A stretch of DNA of 64,000 nucleotides from Paraspadella gotoi (Eukaryota > Animalia > Chaetognatha): positions 5,630,050 through 5,694,049 of the forward strand of contig CM119269.1 in assembly GCA_051294375.1 (NCBI GenBank). The letters run 5' to 3'. A model generated the notes under the pieces. It ran no database searches, had not been told where the DNA came from, and saw nothing but the letters and a program-made list of their open reading frames with translations. Below are positions 13,787 through 31,649 of the stretch, piece after piece. Made by a program: the position numbers and the translations under genes. How positions within the stretch are numbered: the first letter of the stretch is position 1; each line of letters begins with the position of its first letter.

Positions 13787-14373
13787 AGGAGAAAAAGACT
13801 CGGAGAGGGGTGGGCTGGTGAGGTGAAATCTCTTGCGAACGACGAAGCAATCAAAACATTTCGAATCACTGTTGTTATCACTTTACAAAATCCGTGCCAA
13901 CAATTCACAATCCGTAGATGTAAAATTGTATTGTCTGATTCTAACTCGTGTATTACTTTCTCTGTTCCACTTTGATTCATTCCATCGAAATTAGTAAAAT
14001 ATAAAAATAATAAAAATCAACAATTTTTTTTCTTCAACTGACGATATGAGACCAACAGCGTCATTCATAGACTTGATAGAGTAGAATCAACGGATGATTA
14101 TACCATTTGCAAGCTAGCTCAGCAAAAACTTTCTAAAAATTGACACAACATATTCAATAATCTGTTAATGATTTAATTTTAGTTAATTTTAAATTTTGTG
14201 ACAACAAGTCAAAATTTCGACCGCGTCTTTATTTATATCCCGCCCAGTTCCCCAATTTTTTAAACCAATTGTGAATTTGTGTATTGGCAACAACCCCAGC
14301 CCAACTTCCCCTTCCGTTTTCATTTTTCGCCAGGTTCTTTTTTCTCCCCGAGTCCGAAATCTGTTCCGTCGCC

Positions 14374-14856
14374 TCAGCACTCTGAAAAAAAAAGGGTTTT
14401 GGCGAATGAAATAATAAATAAAAATTAGTTAAGGAAAAAATTACAAGAGAAAAGAAAGTTAGAAAAAAGAATTAACTTACTTTTCTTGCAAGAGCGAGAT
14501 CTCTTCTTCTTGCCGCAACGGCTCTTTGATCTCTTCTTGCCGCATCGGCTCCTCTTTCTCTTCTTGCCGCAGCGACTCTTCGATCTTTTCTTGCCGCACC
14601 TCGAGCGCGACCTCCTTTTGCCGCAACGGCTCTTGGATCTTTTCTTGCCGCACCGCGAACGGGATCGCTTCTTGCCGCAACGGCTCTTCGATCTCTTCTT
14701 GCCGCAGCGACTCTTGGATCTTTTCTTGCCGCAACGAGAGCGAGATCGCTTTTTGCCGCAGCGAGACTTGGAGCGTCGCTTCGAGCACGACCTCTTTCGG
14801 CGTCGTTTGCAGCTGTTTTCGTTAACGTTGTCGTCGTCGCTGTCAACCGGCGGCAT
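14374..14856 (-). CDS. Protamine-like / sperm nuclear basic protein candidate, Cys-containing; exons 14856-14481 and 14381-14374, 127 aa
   Basis: ATG in AAAATG context; leader MPPVDSDDDNVNENSC, then ten 9-aa K(K/R)R(S/K)(K/R)SRCG units. Repeats differ largely at synonymous positions (TCC/TCG/TCT, AGT/AGC, CGC/CGT). Strong donor A|GTAAGT after 14481; acceptor TTTTCAG before 14381 gives ...SCKKKC-TGA; minus-strand AATAAA at 14233-14228. Function inferred from composition only. Confidence 0.75.
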
Positions 14857-17005
14857 TTTGTCGAGATAAAGAAAAATCGATTTGGAGAAAAAAAAAACCC
14901 TACATCCGTGATGAGGGTAAAAAGTAAATTTAAGGTATGAAGGTTTTCTATGAATAATATCTACTGGTTTGTTATCAATGACGAGGACATCGCTTAATCA
15001 TTAAAAATCTTTTTTTTTCGTTATAATTAGAGTGAGCTATTTTTTAAGGGATTGCATTTTTTAAAAAATTATATAAAAATATTGAGCAACTAGAATGAGA
15101 AATTTTTTAACTTTACTTTCACCCTACAATTACCTTTTTTCTTGTCCTTTTCTCTGTGTTATTCCAACCTTTCCTCTATTTCTCTTCTTTCTAAATATTA
15201 CCTTCCTTTTCTATGAAAATTTGCAAGGTTACTTGTTTCACTATTCTTTATATTTTTATGAATGTTTTACTATTTGATCTATATTGATTTAATTTATATA
15301 AAATATATACTATTTAAAATTGCTTATTATATCTAAAAATAAAAATAAATTTTTTTGGGGGGGGAAAAGGGGGGGAAAAAAGTTTTTTCCAGTGTTGTCT
15401 TCTGGAAATAGAGGGAGCATCTATACAACACAAGTTTAGACTACAATCTGTCCTTGTTTACTAACAGATATCACACATCATTCCTGTTAGAAAGTCGTTA
15501 ATGAAAAATCATAATATCTAAGTCTTAGACTAAGAGGCTGAACAGAAAGGGGTGGGAATGGATAATTTTTTGAGGGGGGACAAAAGTTATATATGATTTC
15601 TTTTAACAATAAGGCTACCATGTAGAATCGTATGTTCTGATAGGGATACATACTGGGGAAAGGTCTATAGGGGCACCTTTATGTCATGAACATAATTTTA
15701 AACTACTTATATTATATAATTATATTATTTCTTCTTTTTCAACCTTTTATATATATTTTTCTCACACTCTTGCCTATCTTTAAATCTTGCCTCTCTTTTC
15801 TCTGTTTCATTTTAACTCATGCCACCAGTTCCTTTATTTTCTTTCTAAATCTAACCTACCTTTCCCCTCTTTCTGCGTCTCTCTTCTGCTCGATCCTCCT
15901 CTTCCCCCCCCGCCCCCCAACGCGAAAATGAAAAATTCACGATTCGTTGTTGAAAGATTCGAAGCGTGAGAAGAAAAGCTTCGTCCAAATCGCCATCTTT
16001 GCGATTTCGTCGTCGGGATGATTCCGTCCGTCCGTCCGTCCGTCCGTCCGTCCGTTGGACCGGCCGTCCGTCCCGTCGGTTGAGAGTTAAAACAAATACG
16101 TATTATATGTTTATTATTATTATATATTATATGTATTATATTATTTTATTATATATTATATTGTATATTATATTATTAATATCTCACAACTTATTTAAAA
16201 ACGAATTTCATGGCAACTTTATCATTTTATAAAGCCCCATATTCAAATCCCCGTATTACTTGGCTGATGATTGGAATGAGCTCGTTCGGATTTAACTTCA
16301 TGATGTAATAATATGCTCTTCCTGAGCTAAAGACCGACTGACCGTTCATTCGACCAACGGGTTTGCCAAACATTAAAAACTCTTATCTATTCCCATTAGT
16401 TTTTATCGCGCGACGGTTGGTGGGTGGTTTCGTTAGGGTGGTTGGTAAAGGTGGTGGCGGAGTGTGATGGGTTGGGTTGGCCTCTGTAGTGGTTTTAAAG
16501 GAGAGAAGAATTGGGTGGTTCTGCGTCGTGAATACGAATTAAGGTGGAAGCCTTGGGTGCGAGCAGAAGGTGGCTGGAAAGAGGGGGGGGTAGGAGGCTC
16601 AATTCTGACCGCGGGTCAATTCGAGGTTGAAATGGGCAAATCTGACCTCAGGTTACAAGATTTACGAGCGAAATTTACGAGTCATGATTAGAAAGTCACT
16701 GAATTTTCACGATGAGCGAAGGATTCACATCTGACATCACATGAAAACGACTTAATGATCACTGTAAATTACGTAGTCTGTACTAAAATACAAAATATCG
16801 AAAAACAGTTGCCGCTCGCAATACACTTACAATCGATAAACACTGCACTCACAATCTCCCCATCGTGGACCCAGAATTGATACATATCCACCAATAAACC
16901 TGAAGCGGCGGGATTCTGGCGACAAATGCCAACCCTTGACTCGGGCGCCAAATCTACGGCGCCTCAAGTCGCGGGAAATTTTTTCAATCCTTCGCTCTGC
17001 TGATT

Positions 17006-17051
<46 letters not shown>

Positions 17052-18595
17052 AGTTCTTCCGTCGATCGGTCGTCACGTCAACTTCGCGACGTTTCGGCGT
17101 CAACGTCGCCGTCTTCGTCATTCGCCTCTCTGGCGTCCTCCCACGGCGGAAGAGCGAAGCGTGATGGAAATATTAGCTAACAGTTTACAATTCCGCGTCT
17201 GTTAGTGGAACGAGAAATTGGAAAAAACTATGTTACGATTCCACCGAATTGACGACTCTGCCCAAAACTCCAAAGGTCGGAACCCGGCAAAATGGTCAAA
17301 ACAAAAGCGCCCGACTCTTGCCCTGCCCGACCCCGGCGGAGCCCTTCCCCGGCCCGACGGGGCGGCGGTCAAATGGCGGTCAAGCGTCGAGCGAACGTCG
17401 GGCAAACGGCGGGCGAAGCCACGGGGCGCTGAGTGGAGGAGAAAAGGGAAACTCATCAATGTTGCAATTGGGAATCAACGATAAAAAGGAGGAGGAGGAG
17501 GAGGAGGAGGAGGAGGAGGAGGACAACGACGACGTGGTCAATGTTAGTGATGAATAAATTCTTTTGTCTTGCCTGTGAAAAAGTACAGGACAATAAATAT
17601 ATTTATGAATTTATAAGTTTACTTTGAAGGGAAAGATTGTTTTTATTTTTAGTTGGTTACAAAACAGACAATGTGTTATGCAGCTTGAATCTTCTGGCCG
17701 CTTAATACTATTACACATTAAAAAAAAAATTAAATTGAGATGCTAATTTTGTCATAAAAATATAAATAAAAGTTCTGTTAGAATTTCAGTCATGAAAGAC
17801 GACTTGGTAATTGTGGAATTGAAAACTGCTTTTCTTGCAGATTTTTAAGCGTAAAAAAATACTGCAAACGATAAAACGACGACGACGACGACGACGACAA
17901 CGATCTTTCATTGTTTCTCTCGTCGCCGCAACATTTTCACAGTTCGTGATTCCGGATAATTACAGAAGAAGAAGAAGAAGAGGGGGGAAATGGAATCTGG
18001 GGGTGGAAGAGAAGAGAAAGGGGGTTTAGACAAGGGGCCGGGGGGGGGGGGCGGAAGCGCGACGGCGGATTTCGCCCCCCCGCCCGAGAATCCGAGTCCG
18101 CCCCCGCCGCGGACGTCTGTTCGCAAGGAACGAGGATGCGCGATGGACCGCGACCACTCCAACTCGTCGTCAAGGAGAGGACGGGGGCGGGGAATAGAAG
18201 AGGAGGAGGGAGAGGGAGGGAGGGGAAGAGGAAGAAGGAGGAGAAAGAGGAGGAAGGGAAACGTTAAAGAAAAAAAAAAATAAAGATCGTTCCACAGAGA
18301 AAAGCAACGATAAAAGCAAGGAAGACAGGATCGGGGAAATTGTTCTCAATATTAAAACAAAATTTAGGGAGCTCGGAGGAAAATCAAGCTAAAATAAAAA
18401 AGTCGTAAAAATAAAGCACAAGACTCGGGAAGAAATCGAGAACAAAAAGAGTGTGGGGGAAATGAAAAAAGATAACTAATGCATTGAGGAAAGGTTTGAC
18501 CACTGCTCAAAATACTAGCTGATATTGTACAGCTTNNNNNNNNNNAGGCATAAAATTGATGAATCAATTTGAGTTCAAGAGAATAGCTTAGATTG

Positions 18596-18632
<37 letters not shown>

Positions 18633-19832
18633 ATGAACCTCGTTTCACGTGGAGTGGGAATCGCCGCTGGATTCCATTTCGGGCGCCGGCACCATGGAAT
18701 CTCGACGGGCGCCGTCCCTCGAATTCGGCGCCGCGGATCCAGAGAAGGCGCCGTCGTACAATTCCACGAATGTGGGACCAAACAATGGCGCCTCGTGGAA
18801 TCGACACCATGAGACACTATGAGACTCGGCGAGAGATTCCGAGAACCGAAATGGTGCCGTACGTTCGCGCGCCGGGGAGTCCGTGGATTTCGGACGCCGC
18901 TAATGAGAGTTGGCGCCGTCTCGGTCCAGCGGGGCGAGGAGCGAGAGAGAGAAGAGAGAGAGAGGAGAGAAGAGAGAAGAGCAGAGAGAGAGATTAGAGG
19001 AGAGAAAGAGAGAGAAAGAGAGAGATGGAGATTGAATGGCCAAAGAATAACTTTCTCATGGGTTCACCCTCCAAAGGTCAGAGCGATCAGACGCGGACTG
19101 ATCGATAGGATCGATCTATTTGTGATTTTCACCAAGAAGTAAAAATGTGAAGTGAACGATTCTATTTTTATTTTATACTTTCAATTTTCTCTTCGTACTT
19201 TCGTTTTTAAAAATTCGGTAGTTGACTTTGTTCTTCTGTAAAAATGAAGTGCGGTTCTCATAAAATGGAAATTGACATGTGGTGGGCGAGGGGGTCATGA
19301 GATAGTCGGAGAGAGGAAGGAGCAGGGCGTTGACCTGGAGGTCTTTTTAGAAAATCAGGCAGTGTGAGGGGGGCGGGCGATGGGCGTATTAGTATTTTTT
19401 GATGCTGGTATTTTTTAGATGCTGGTACCGAATATCGATTGTTATTCTCCTTTTTCCATCTTGTCACTATAAAATTATCTTTAAATATGAAGAAACGCTT
19501 ATTTTTGTTGAAGTCGGGAAGCCACAGGAGAAAAAAAAATTTACGCTTTGCTTCATGACATTTGCTTTGAGAATTGAGAAATATTCAAATGTTCGTTTAA
19601 CCTCGTGTAAAATTTTGATTAATTTAATGTCGATTAAATATAGTTAATATGTTTATACCAGAGCCTTTGCTCATTTTACTCGAAATGAACATTTCGTTCC
19701 TCGAGTCTCTCACAAAATATAATCTTTTGTTTCGCCTCTTGAAGCCAAAATCTCTCGAAATAAAAGGATTATTTCCTCGTCCGCTCGCTGAATCCGACTC
19801 TTGACAGAACCAATTGTCCGACTCCTCATTAA

Positions 19833-19848
19833 CCGTCCCTTTTTCGTT

Positions 19849-19938
<90 letters not shown>

Positions 19939-20119
19939 TCCGTACCCTTTTCGTTTCCATCTCTCCTGCTCCTGATCATCTTGAATCCAGCCTCTCTCTC
20001 TCTTCTCTCTCTCTTCTCTCATCTCTCTCTCTCCTCTCTCTCTCTCTCTCATTATAGCACGTCTCCCCCTTTTTCGTCTCCATCTCTCTGCTCCTGATCA
20101 TCTTGAATCCAGCCCTCTC

Positions 20120-20215
<96 letters not shown>

Positions 20216-20303
20216 ATTAACCGTTCCCCTTTTTCGTTTCCATCTCTCCTGCTCCCTGATCATCTTGAATCCAGCCCTCTCTCTCTCTGTCTCTCTCTCT
20301 CTC
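19833..20303. repeat. Composite tandem repeat (~3.5 units) with embedded (CT)n
   Basis: CCCTTTTTCGTTTCCATCTCTCCTGCTCCTGATCATCTTGAATCCAGCC + (CT)n + CATTA recurs near 19945, 20067 and 20226; partial copy near 19837. Confidence 0.8.
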
Positions 20304-21228
20304 TGAAACCTTGCGGCGCAAATCTGGAATCATCTCCCTTTTTTTTTCGTCGTCTAACAAAAGAAAGACGATCTTTCCCGCGAAACATGAAATATTCAAA
20401 AGGCCCTCCTCCCTTTTGTCGGCGCGATTCTCTAGCCTCGGTCCACCCACCATCCACACCCACCCTCCATGACCACGCCCCCTCTACCCCCTCTACCCCC
20501 GCCACCCTCGCTTGCCTCGCGAGTCATTGTCTTTGATCGGCTCATCGTATTTTTTCTCCTTGTCTCCCTTTCCTCTTCTCCTCTTCCGCCCTCCGCTCTC
20601 GCCCCCGCCGTCTCCCGATTGTTCGCGAGCGCTCGCGGGGAGATCGCGAGCGTGACGGCGTTGTAGCAACGGCGTGACAACGTCGTGGGTATTTTCTTGG
20701 AGACGCCGTGACAACGCCCGTAGCAACGGCGTGGCAAAGTAGCTTCTGCTGCTCTCGAACGAAGGGCGTTTCTCTTTTTTTCTTCTTATTCATTATTCAC
20801 AAGATTGAATCGTGAATTCACAGCCAATATTTTTTTCACGCGGCGAGAGGGCGAAGGGAACGAGGAAAGGGTGAGAAAGAGGGAAGATGCGAGAGATAAA
20901 CGTTAAAAGGAAAGGTGAGGGAAAAAGTATGGAAAAAAAAATAGGTAAAGTGAAAACACAAGGAAGGTCGCAACGAAGAAGCACATTAGGTTTTGTTTTT
21001 ATCTACTGATAAAATTTAACTCGATTAAAAGTCTTGTTCTTATTTTTTTTTCCTTATCGCTTTAGCTGTGGTTGTGTCTTTAGTGGGGTTTGCCTGGTCT
21101 TTTTACTTTTTTCAGTCGCGTGAATAACAATGCGTCTTTTTAGATTATAAATAAAAAAAATATATATTCTATTAATAAAATAACTTTCTCATCAATCGCA
21201 ATAATTAGCGCAATTTTTGTCCACCCAA

Positions 21229-21281
21229 ATGAAAAGCATCGAGTTCAATGAGCAAGGCGGTCCTTTTGTTTCTCAATTAAA
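21229..21281 (+). CDS. Tentative first exon of CIMAP2/LEXM (MKSIEFNEQGGPFVSQLK)
   Basis: GGPFVSQ resembles the N-terminal GAPFGxQ motif of LEXM; followed by a GTAAGC donor. I could not join it cleanly to the downstream exons. Confidence 0.35.
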
Positions 21282-21601
21282 GTAAGCAGATATAGCCCGC
21301 TGTCTCTCGATAAATGAATTATTTACGAAAAAAGGAACATCGGTCTTGACTTAAAAGATAAGTTCTTAATGAGGCAAGGAAAAACCTTGATATTTCCTCT
21401 CAATTTTTTGTCCAACAGAAGATCTAAGCTTTAAAAATTTTGCTTTACTCAACAATGTCGGTTTAGCTAATATAGTGTCGATCATTCTAGTAAGGAAACT
21501 AAAAAAAAAAATAAAAAAAAATGGCGAACAAAAACCAAAATTCTATTGGCAAGGTAAGGTCGTACAATTAATAGAACTATTGGTGAATAATAATTTCTAA
21601 G

Positions 21602-21700
21602 AAATCTGCTGGATTTTGTCAGAAAAAGTACGTCGATGTATACTCGCCTCTATATCTCACACGGATGTACAGAAAGCGGGAAAAAACGAAAGGCATTCAG
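21602..21700 (+). CDS. Tentative early exon of CIMAP2/LEXM (KSAGFCQKKYVDVYSPLYLTRMYRKREKTKGIQ)
   Basis: Open frame; ends in phase 0 at CAG|GTGAAA, compatible with the phase-0 exon at 21976. Only weak similarity to LEXM KKFSTFTEAPYSTR; acceptor could be 21601 or 21622. Confidence 0.35.
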
Positions 21701-21975
21701 GTGAAAAAAGAATAATTATGATTGATTGATTGATCTTCCTAGTGATTAATTACTCATTAATCATTATAATCTCTAACTCTCAAATAACTACCAAAAAATT
21801 TAAAATAACCTTTTTTCAATTTTGGTACATATATTAACGCTTACCCATGTTTGCATAGTGAAAATGTTACATTCTTTTAAAAAATAACCGCCGATAACAA
21901 AGTCTAACGATAGAAGCCTTACCAATTAAAAGAGAGACTAGCAAACCGTGACTTACCCCTCAATCCTCACCCCAG

Positions 21976-27993
<6,018 letters not shown>

Positions 27994-29199
27994 GGATTTT
28001 GAGGTTTTAGAATGTGACGACACGTATTAAGTCTTATTGGAAGTGACGTAATATCACTACCTTTTGAATACGACAGATCTTTCCATTTGCGCTTTAGTAG
28101 CTCTCTGGGAAAATACTTCCTTTCCGAGCCCAATAATCTCGGGTTATAACTGTCCTTGTAAAGGAGCGACGGGCCGGTTAAACTACCGGTAGTATACCTG
28201 CCGAGGGAACAAAAGATTCGGAAAGTAAGGCAAATGACGGAAAAATCTCCCAGACCCTCTTTGCGCGATTAATTTTGGTGCTAACAACGCCGTCAGAGGC
28301 CCAGGGCAACCCCTTCTTCTATCTTCAATTCAATTTGTAATACTCATAATAATATTATTATTTTTTAGCCGTTGTTGAGTCGTATGAGCGGATCGTTGGA
28401 ATGGCAACGCGAAGACCATCGAAGTGCGACATCCGTTTAATTTTTTTTGGCGTAGATAGATATTCGCAGAGAACTTTATATATATAAAACTTTATATATA
28501 TTAAACTTTATATATATAAAACTGGACAAATTTTCGTTTTCCTTGTGGCTCAGCCTTAACAAATTTTAGAAGTAGGAAATTAACAAAAACAACAAGATGA
28601 GCAAACAATTTTGCGGTAAGCAGTTAATCAGATAAGATATGATTAATCTTTCAACTTTTTTTATGTAATATGTATACTGTATAGTGTATAGTGTGTATAC
28701 TGTATAGTGTATAGTTTTATTTAATCTTGATCGTTGTGATGCTTGTAGTGGTAATTGTAGTGGTGTTGAATGTTATAATTGTAGTAGTTTTGTTGCATCA
28801 TGCATTCATTTAATGGGTTTAAACTCATTTCCACTCGGACGATTTTATCGAAACTTAAATTCCAACTTAATCACACACTTCTCCAGCCACTCACAAAAAT
28901 TTAAGTTAATCACTCAATCCCCTACTAATAAATTGAGGTGGGACGCACATACAAAGTTTACAGACAGACAAAAAAAAACATAATTTTTCATGATTCGATG
29001 TTCTGAGAAGATCTAAATGATTTACCGACAAGATCTGCGAGAAGCAGATCCGACTGAAAACGACGTTAGGAGTTTTCTAACGAAAAAGAGTTCCGGTTCC
29101 TTTCTGCTTTTCCTCGCCGTTTAGAAACCCAAGGATCGTATCTCTTGAACGGGAAACCGTAAAAACGGTTTTACCCAAACGCGTAACCGTCCGTTTTGA

Positions 29200-29310
29200 C
29201 GATCCTCCGGGCGCCGGCGAGGTTACGGGTCGCCGACCCGATTCCGGGTCACGTGACCTGGCTCCTGGTGGCGGCGGGGTGTCGCGTTTAAGTCCTAGGC
29301 GCTGACGTTA
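29200..29310. promoter_or_regulatory. Small CpG-rich island with extended E-box palindrome GGTCACGTGACC (29247-29258)
   Basis: Motif and local GC/CpG enrichment only; no transcript evidence. Confidence 0.25.
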
Positions 29311-30831
29311 AAAACTCTTCGCTGATTTCTATCTCAGTCTCACTCGGAATTAAAAACGAAACAAAACATTTTATTAATCGAATTTAACTATATAGTTTGC
29401 TTTGTTGGCAGAATGCAGATTCATTGATGCCAATTCTTATTGTACAATTTAGAAAATATTTTAAACTAAAATGAAAAAAAAATCGGCGTTGAAATAACTT
29501 AACTGCCAACGTGATGCAAGGCAACGTCACCTAAAGAAAACTCGTGCGTAAATTGCGTTTGTCGTTTTGTCGAGAAAGAAAAACTGGGCTTAAGATAACG
29601 TGACGACTATTTGCCTCAGAATTCGTCTCCATCAGTCGTCAATGTTTTGTTTTTTTTGCCAAGAAACGTGTGACGTATCGATGTTGAAAGATATGTGTCT
29701 AAATGTACAATTGTATGGAATGTAGAAAGCTTTGTCAGTCGAGAGGAAATTACACTGTGCTTTTTCGTTATGCATCGCCGCACATCTTTAATGTGCCTTT
29801 TGGGCGCTTGGCTCGTAAGTGTGCCACTAAAGTGAATATGGTAAAAACGATAGCGTATAGTTTTTCCCGGTGAAAATATTTCTAGCACACTTTGAGTTAG
29901 CCATGAGCTTTGCTCTCTTTTCCACTCTGGTTTACGACCTACTTTGCCAGCTTTCACAGCGAGAAAGTTGGTCTCCTGGACTCTAGGCTAGATGCTTGGT
30001 GAGAAAATATATGTTCGTTTAGAATGGACTTTAACAACATTTAAATTGAACTAGTCTTCCGGCTGCTTGACCCGGCTTCTATAATTCTCTATTTAACGAA
30101 AAAAAAGGTCTACTATTCTATGATTCTCTTAGCTGCTTGGCAATGAAATGCAGTACCTTCGATGCTTGTATTACCCGTTCTCTTCGCTGCTTGGCGACGA
30201 GGAAGCAGAACGAGGAAAACGTCACGTCCTTAAATCGTTTGTTTTCGTGGGCGGAAAGGAAAGAGGGGCGACCTCGCTCTCCGATCGTCTAGGGATCTTT
30301 AAATGGAAGTTCTCAAAGTGAAAGATAGAGAGCGAGAGGAGAGAGAGGGAGAAGTATAGGGGGGGAGGGACGGTGAAGGTTGAATAGAAAGTGAAGAAGG
30401 AAAAGACGAAGAAGAAAAATTTAGGAAGTTGAAAATTATAATAGTCAAGAGTATGCGTTTATATATATATATATATTTGTATAGGTTTATTGTGTAAGCG
30501 GAATATGAAAAGAAGGAACGAGGAGAAAAAGACGGAAACTAGTAACGAGTTGTAAGACAAGAATTGGTCAGTTTAAGGTGTTGTGACGCAGGAACTTAAT
30601 CATGTGCAATTGCGCACGCATTCTAGACGCATTTCTAGACAAGTATAAAGCTTACGCACATTGGTTTATCACTTATTTTGAGGTGAATCCGTTAATACAT
30701 AAATTCACATTATAAATGGTGTATCACCAAGTGTTTCCTAAAATGATTTCCTGAGCTATAAGCAACTAAACGTAACAGAGTTCACGCATCGCAACAAAAA
30801 GAGGAAGAAAATGAGAAGAGAGAGAGAGGAG

Positions 30832-30904
<73 letters not shown>

Positions 30905-31037
30905 CGGGTCGTCTTTAACGTAAAGCTTGATTAATGACTACAGCGAGACATCAAATTAAAAACTTTTTCTCTTTTCATAAATGGTTTGCGTCAGGTTAAA
31001 TTTAGAAAACGAGAGTCGGCGTCGGTATTTCTCCCCA

Positions 31038-31114
<77 letters not shown>

Positions 31115-31547
31115 CTCTACTCTTTTTTGCTTGGTGACAATTAATTAACAGTTTCATCCAGATGAAATCATTCTTCGTTTCTTCACTTTTTCCGTCGAAC
31201 CAACTCAAGTTCCGATGGAATCTTACAGTTTGCTTTTTTTTTATCTACGCAAACAACATCCGGGGATCGAAGCCAAAGAAAAATTCTTTTTTTCGACACA
31301 AAAACAAAACAAAAACTTGAAAAAGGAAAAAAAAATATAAGAAAAGAAGAAACGGTGAGTTCCTGGTGTTGCGCCTTAGACTTTCTTATTTATACGTATA
31401 TGTAGATGATTAAGCAATAAGTATAAAATATATGCAAAATCTAGATCTTTTGATTTATTACTTATTAGTTACATATTAGTTAAAATAAAGTTTTAATACA
31501 AAAACTTGTCTCGCTCATCACGTGACTGTATTTATATATAACTCTAT

Positions 31548-31585
31548 AGTCTCTTCGGAGGCGTTGGTTCGAATCCCACCACTGC
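31548..31585 (+). pseudogene. 3' fragment of tRNA-Leu (variable arm, T arm, 3' acceptor strand)
   Basis: AGTCTCTTCGGAGGCGTTGGTTCGAATCCCACCACTGC closely follows the eukaryotic tRNA-Leu 3' half AGTCTCTTCGGAGGCGTGGGTTCGAATCCCACCGCTGC; the D arm and anticodon arm are absent. Confidence 0.75.
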
Positions 31586-31649
31586 GCTTATGTATCATCC
31601 AAATTGATGTAGTATTTGTCGAGTTATATGAATATATAAAATAAGTACA

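Noticed and set aside
12398-13850. Overlapping alternative-frame and antisense ORFs in olig
   Set aside because: Expected by-products of GC-rich coding sequence; no recognisable motifs.
14472-14869. Other frames of the 27-bp repeat (SLRQEKI.., LPQRLFDLF..)
   Set aside because: Nucleotide variation is largely synonymous only in the KKRSKSRCG frame, which also has the ATG, splice sites and poly-A signal.
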